A DNA stretch of 54,816 nucleotides, the filler included, from Sphacelaria rigidula (Eukaryota), in NCBI GenBank assembly GCA_964200075.2. It is 5 parts of 5 records of this genome, joined end to end, with 100 filler letters (N's around TTAATTAATTAA, not from the genome) between each part and the next. Parts side by side here need not be neighbours in the genome. Positions count along the whole stretch, not along the records: positions 43,935 to 54,816 come from CAXNAA020005744.1; 4 more parts are not named here. The stretch is one strand, 5' to 3'. This document shows positions 49,790 through 54,816 of this stretch, piece by piece. The translations under genes were made by a program, and so were the position numbers. The notes under the pieces were generated by a model. It saw nothing but the letters and a program-made list of their open reading frames with translations, was not told where the DNA came from and did no database searches. The stretch's first letter is position 1. Every line of letters begins with the position of its first letter.

Positions 49790-49864
49790 CTGAATACCCT
49801 CCTTCTCTTGCAAGGCCTGCTTCACCATGCTCACAAGGTTGTCCGGCTCGAAGCTGTATTGTTG
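49790..49864 (-). CDS. NEDD8: NEDD8/RUB ubiquitin-like protein, coding exon 3
   Basis: cag|QQYSFEPDNLVSMVKQALQEKEGIQ|gcgagt (GC donor); 75 nt. Confidence 0.88.
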
Positions 49865-51790
49865 CTGCAACGGCCGGTGCGGGCGGCATCACGAAGGAAG
49901 GCAGGACAGCAAATCGGAAACTCGGCTTCTTTCTCAAGAGACTGACCCTCACACAAATAACGGAAGCATGTGTCCATCAACTGAGCAAGGCCTTCCGAGT
50001 TGCGAAGGGGGCTCAGGTGGTCTGAAACTGATCCACTCGAAAATCGGGGTCAAATTGCTGTGACATGATGCGCCGATTTGCACGGACGAAGGGTTGTGAG
50101 CGCATGCGTCCAAGATAGTGTTCGGACAACACCTCTCGCTGTTCGCGTCCCGCATTGCTCGGGGCAACGCTGGAACACCTCGGGCGATCACTGTAATTGT
50201 TGCTCTGGCCGTCACACAGTTCATCAGCCGTACTGTGCGGCACCGCACTTGATAGGCATAGATCTACTTGCTTCGTCAACAGCTGCACACAAAAGTAGAG
50301 TTTGTCACCACATCAAGCCATGAAACACGTGAAATCGCCGACGAACATCGTTGCTTCAACTCTACTTCATTAGTCTCAGCGTATACAAAAACGGCAGGGG
50401 AAATTTCAATTTTTTCGACGATCGCACAACTTAAGGGCAGATACCTCCAACGACCAAAAGATACAAGATTTTCGAGTGACCTTGGCGGTATAAGTCGGAG
50501 TTACCCAAACGAACAACACGTCAAACTCAGTAGAGGTGGAATCCGATTAGTGCCATCTTGTATATCCGCGGATAGAGTGGAATCTCAATCCACACTAGGA
50601 GTTTCCTTGGGTAGTCTGGATTCGTCGGCGTGAACCCGGCGTATCTCCATATTTCACCGCTTTTCGAGGCTGCTTTTGTGCATCGCCCGGCACGTTTACC
50701 CCGGGGTTCAGTAGAACAGTACAGTAGTATATATAGTCAGTTGCAGCTTTAGTCTCGCACCGCGATTTCGTCCTCCGGTCTCTCATAGTAGTGGGCGCCT
50801 GGACTATTTATTTTGTAATTTCTTGGTAATTGGCGATTTTCTCAGGGTCTTTCGCTTGCCACCGCTCATCACATTGGGCACCTACGAACCCTCGTATCCG
50901 CTTCACATTCCAAGAAAACAAAATCGTCTGTACTCAATATTGAGTGACTTACGGGCTGACCGGTTACCGGGGGTCCTGACACGTTTCAGCCCAAATTATA
51001 ACTACTCTTCGGTATTCTCGGTTGATCGAGCCTGTCCCGATCGTATTTATGAAGATATCAAAAGTTTTTTTTCTTCCTATAAGTTTAGCTACTCATTGCA
51101 TCAGATCCGAAAAATATGTTTCACGGTCAATTACACCATTTTGATAAACGGGGTATCTACTCGTATCGTCCGATAAAACCAATCAGCACTAACTTGGGCA
51201 CTGGGGAGTGAAGATGATCTGTTCATTTCACGTAAATCTACCGACGCCAGAACCTTTGAGTTTTATCGAAGAGTAGTCGCGAGAAAAAACCCTCCCGAAT
51301 GATAAATAAACAGTTCAGGCGTCCACCACTGCAGCTTATTTTGGCCATACGAGCAGGGCCATATTTCTATACGCAATCCACATCACAGTTGGATTTGAGA
51401 GTGTGCCCAGACGTTTCGAGGCAGTAAGGCTATTTCGAGTCGAGCATGGCATCAAGTAGTGGCAGTATCGTTGCCTTTCTGTAGGTCATACCGTGGGGGC
51501 GACAGGGATGAGTTCAGCAACATTAGTGACCTGTTCCCGGTATTGTACGCCAGTACGTGATGTCCAAAAACAGTCAGTCAGCAGACAGTGAGATCATCGC
51601 GTGGAGGTGATGGACATACCTACACGTTTCGTTAATCCATTGTATCTACTCATTTGACGTATCAACACGCCATGCCGCTACGCTCGTGGTAACTCAAGAG
51701 GGCATGCTCGCTCACGAAGGATATGCATCACCTGTGATGCTACTTGTTTTCTTCAAAAACCTGTAATTATCGCTCTCTACATGCAAAGCG

Positions 51791-52152
51791 GGTCGCGCCG
51801 GTGGCTCAATTGGTGATCTCGGAGCCTTCTGGCGGTTGGGTCCTGGGTTCAAATCTCGGAGCAATCTGGGACTCTTCTCACACAAAACCCAACAGTAGTG
51901 GAGAGCGACTATGTCGTGGGTACACAACATTCGACCTAATGGTCGACGAGGGGAAGCGACTCCTGAACCCCTGTCGCGATAACAAATAAAGGCAAGCACC
52001 GCAGAAGGAAGGCGGACAATGTGAACAAACAAACAAAAACTTCTGTATTGGCCTCCCTCCTGTGTGACCCCTGCTGGTGCGCCCACATATACCGAAGAGC
52101 GTAGACCGGCGTCCAGAAAAGATGGGACGACAAGGCACACACACACACGCAC
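51791..52152 (+). mobile_element. tRNA-derived SINE, family 1, in a NEDD8 intron
   Basis: A box tggctcaattgg, B box ggttcaaatc, (CA)n tail. Confidence 0.9.
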
Positions 52153-52250
52153 ATGCTGAGCTCTCCACGTATTTCAGTGTACAGTGATCATAGGTAGCGG
52201 CGTTGTACTCGATACTTCGAGCATCTCACGAGATACGGCGCGGCACACAC

Positions 52251-52280
52251 CTTTCGGCCCGTCAGAGTCTTGATCCAGAT
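52251..52280 (-). CDS. NEDD8: NEDD8/RUB, coding exon 2
   Basis: aag|IWIKTLTGRK|gtgtgt; 30 nt, phase 0-0; KTLTG motif of the ubiquitin/NEDD8 family. Confidence 0.9.
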
Positions 52281-54380
52281 CTTTTGTGAACAGAACCGGG
52301 CCGCGGTGTCGCATGCGATGCGCAGGATTGATTAGTCGCGGAAAACGGACAGAAGCAGACATGAGCAAAAAAAAACAGTCAGAGGTGCTGCATACGTTTC
52401 GCCGAGCGGATGCGCTGCTTGCGAAAAAAAGAAGGCATGAGATGAGTGAAAAATAAACACGTTTCCTTCACAGGTATCAAGGCATGAATAGGGCCGGGGT
52501 CAGCTAGAGGCTCGTACATGCTGCGTCTCTTGGCAGCGCTCCCCTATAGTCGCACGAGGCCATACCGTTGCACAGCGACAAGCCCGCGGCTGCACTGGCA
52601 TCCGGCACCAGGGCCGGGCACATGTGCTGTAGAAGGTATCTGAAAAAACCTTTCGCTCGATTCCTGTCTTTGCACCAAAAGCCGACGTGCGTCCTACTCC
52701 AAAACCAAGTAAACGGTAAACGAAGGGCCACCTCGGCTGCAGTTTCCTCCCTTCGTCACTCCATCACCCTCAAGCTTCCTCACATGATTTGTTGTACCGC
52801 ACTCACTAAACAACATCGTGCTGAAGGGAGGCTTGGCAGCCAGGGGTGAGCGTCTTTGAAAATAGGTGAGCTGGGCATCTGCACCCATCTATCTGTCTTT
52901 GGGAGGCAACCGTTACTGTCCGTCTTTCGGGGTGACAATGAGGGACTCCGTCGTCTGGAAATACGACTTCAGCGCCGGCCGGCAAGATACAGCTACTTTG
53001 AGTAAGGCTCGAAACCATGCTCTGGCAACCGGAATGAGCGTTATTTTTTGTTTCACCAGTTTCATGTCTGGCCACGAAAATTGCATCCACCTCTTATTCT
53101 GGTCGTATAAATATTCCCAACCCAACATTTTACCTCTTGTTTCTCACGCCAGTTATTCTTCCTACTTACAAACTTTCTTTGGACGATATTGATCGATTTT
53201 CTGCCGCTCGATTACGAATTATCTGCCATATTCTGAGCTCAAATTCTCACGGGAAATTTCCTAGTTCTTCGAAAATCTGACGCTTAATTTCTCACGAAGA
53301 CATTGCTCATCAGATGACCGGCTCTGTAAGGAATGTGGGGTATTACTTCATGCGAAAGATATTTTTGCCGGTTCTGGTTCAAACACAGTCATGTGAGACA
53401 TCTGCCCGATTTTCGGACATGTTGATGTTTGACTAAACTTTTGCAATTCGGTTCGAAGGTGGTGATGTGATCGCTTGCTCTGCATGTGAAAAGCCTTGTT
53501 TCGTCCCGACTTTTTCCAAAACGACACAATCAAGCTGTCATCCTGGGATGACCGTGCAGGCTGCTAGGGGTGGGGGGCCAGGGTGAGGGCTACTTGGTCA
53601 CGAAGGGAAGATATTTTTCGGAGGCACTCGACGATACTTCACATGTGAATGATGAGGCGGACCAGTGTGCTTCAATGTAGGGAAAAAACATCGAACGTTG
53701 CATATTGAACACAGAACTCCGCTGGGGCGTGCTGTTGTTGAGCGGTGCAGTTGATCGGGGACACGAGTAGCGAACATCTGGGAACACAGTTCCATCACCC
53801 AATTTCAAAATTGAACGAAACTGCACGATTTTGCGACGTGCCATCTCGGGTACGATTACTTGCACACCTGATTCTTGCGTGGCACGTGCCCTCACACGAT
53901 TGAAACACCACAAAGTTAACGCTCATCAGTGTGTATCACGACGCAAGAGGTTTGTGGCAACGTCGCCATCACTTGTTTTCCTTCAGGTGCTGAGGGTCAC
54001 ACATCAGCTGAACACTCATGAAGGTGGGTCTTTTTTTTGTTGCAGGCCGGATAGATTCAGCCCGGCACTGCCCGCAACGCAAACATATCGTAGGAGACTC
54101 AACCACCTGGATCAGCAACCACTCATGAAAATTACAGACGACCTCATCATCTGCCACATGACACAACCCCGCACGGTTACGTAGAGGGTTAATTAAAGCT
54201 GTACTAGAGCGGTTAGGCAGAGGGTTAAAGGTACAGAGGCACTGCAAGGTCAGTCAGTCTGCCGTAGACACACCTTGTGCGTGGCACCATAACATAGTTG
54301 TGCGCAGCAAAATATATCGCTGGGAAACAAGGTGAGAGGGTGCTATGACTCATCACATAAAATAAGATCGTTGCGCTTGC

Positions 54381-54386
54381 CTGCAT
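54381..54386 (-). CDS. NEDD8: NEDD8/RUB, probable first coding exon (Met-Gln)
   Basis: gcaccATGCAG|gcaagc: good start context and a GC donor; supplies the expected MQ. Confidence 0.6.
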
Positions 54387-54740
54387 GGTGCTAGTGGCTG
54401 TACCCACTGACGAGTTGGTCTCCTGTTTCGTGTGTGCTACACAGTGTTTCGCCGGACAATTGTTTTTTTTTTTTACCCGCTGAGACACCTCTGAATTTTC
54501 GTAGATGATGACGGATGTCACGGTTCTTTTTACTGGAGGTCTAGAGTCACACTCGACTCTCGACTCCCACTTCTTCAGGACAAACTGCAGCATTCAGCGA
54601 GTGCGGACGATTATGAAAGCGATTGAAGATATAAAATATATCGTATGTGTCAAGAGAAAAATGATCTCGATGTTTTGGAGCAAAAATAGATGGCGTGGGA
54701 CGAGGAAAGGAGGGATTTGTCTGTGCTGTCGTGATTACCC

Positions 54741-54741
<1 letters not shown>

Positions 54742-54776
<35 letters not shown>

Positions 54777-54787
54777 CCCCCCCCCCC
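54742..54787. repeat. Poly-C tract near the contig end
   Basis: Directly visible. Confidence 0.95.
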
Positions 54788-54816
54788 CCACCCACACACC
54801 CAAACACTGCCTCCAC

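Noticed and set aside
50248-50282. Possible extra exon in NEDD8 intron 2
   Set aside because: Its 34 nt would break the frame, and exons 2 and 3 already join correctly
52500-54200. Several short ORFs inside NEDD8 intron 1 that could be a decayed element
   Set aside because: No recognisable motif in any frame

Overview
Eukaryotic, intron-rich, transposon-dense DNA. A brown alga or other stramenopile is inferred from kb-sized introns, TTAGGG repeats, a protist-type NEDD8, RTE LINE/SINE families and Ty3/gypsy style. The window is probably not one locus. Four identical 100-nt N spacers (each containing TTAATTAATTAA) separate five segments of 10884, 10884, 10883, 10883 and 10882 bp, which points to unplaced contigs concatenated by size. 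Contig 1 holds a degraded gene with XPG/FEN1-type H3TH and C-terminal Cys-cluster motifs resembling the AcademX transposon protein, plus a long hairpin repeat family, a LINE tail and SINEs. Contig 2 holds three exons of a MYB gene and a nest of foldback elements: one has outward-facing tRNA-like ends, and another is a hAT-type MITE with an 8-bp TSD. Contig 3 holds two exons of a MAPEG (MGST3-like) gene, SINEs and MITEs. Contig 4 is a decayed Ty3/gypsy element in the order integrase-LTR-gag-protease; its integrase ends in a chromodomain followed by a PWWP/Tudor-like segment. Contig 5 holds the first three coding exons of NEDD8 (two GC donors, 3' half not found), an orphan exon, and an RTE LINE with a nested SINE. 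All calls were made by eye without database searches.
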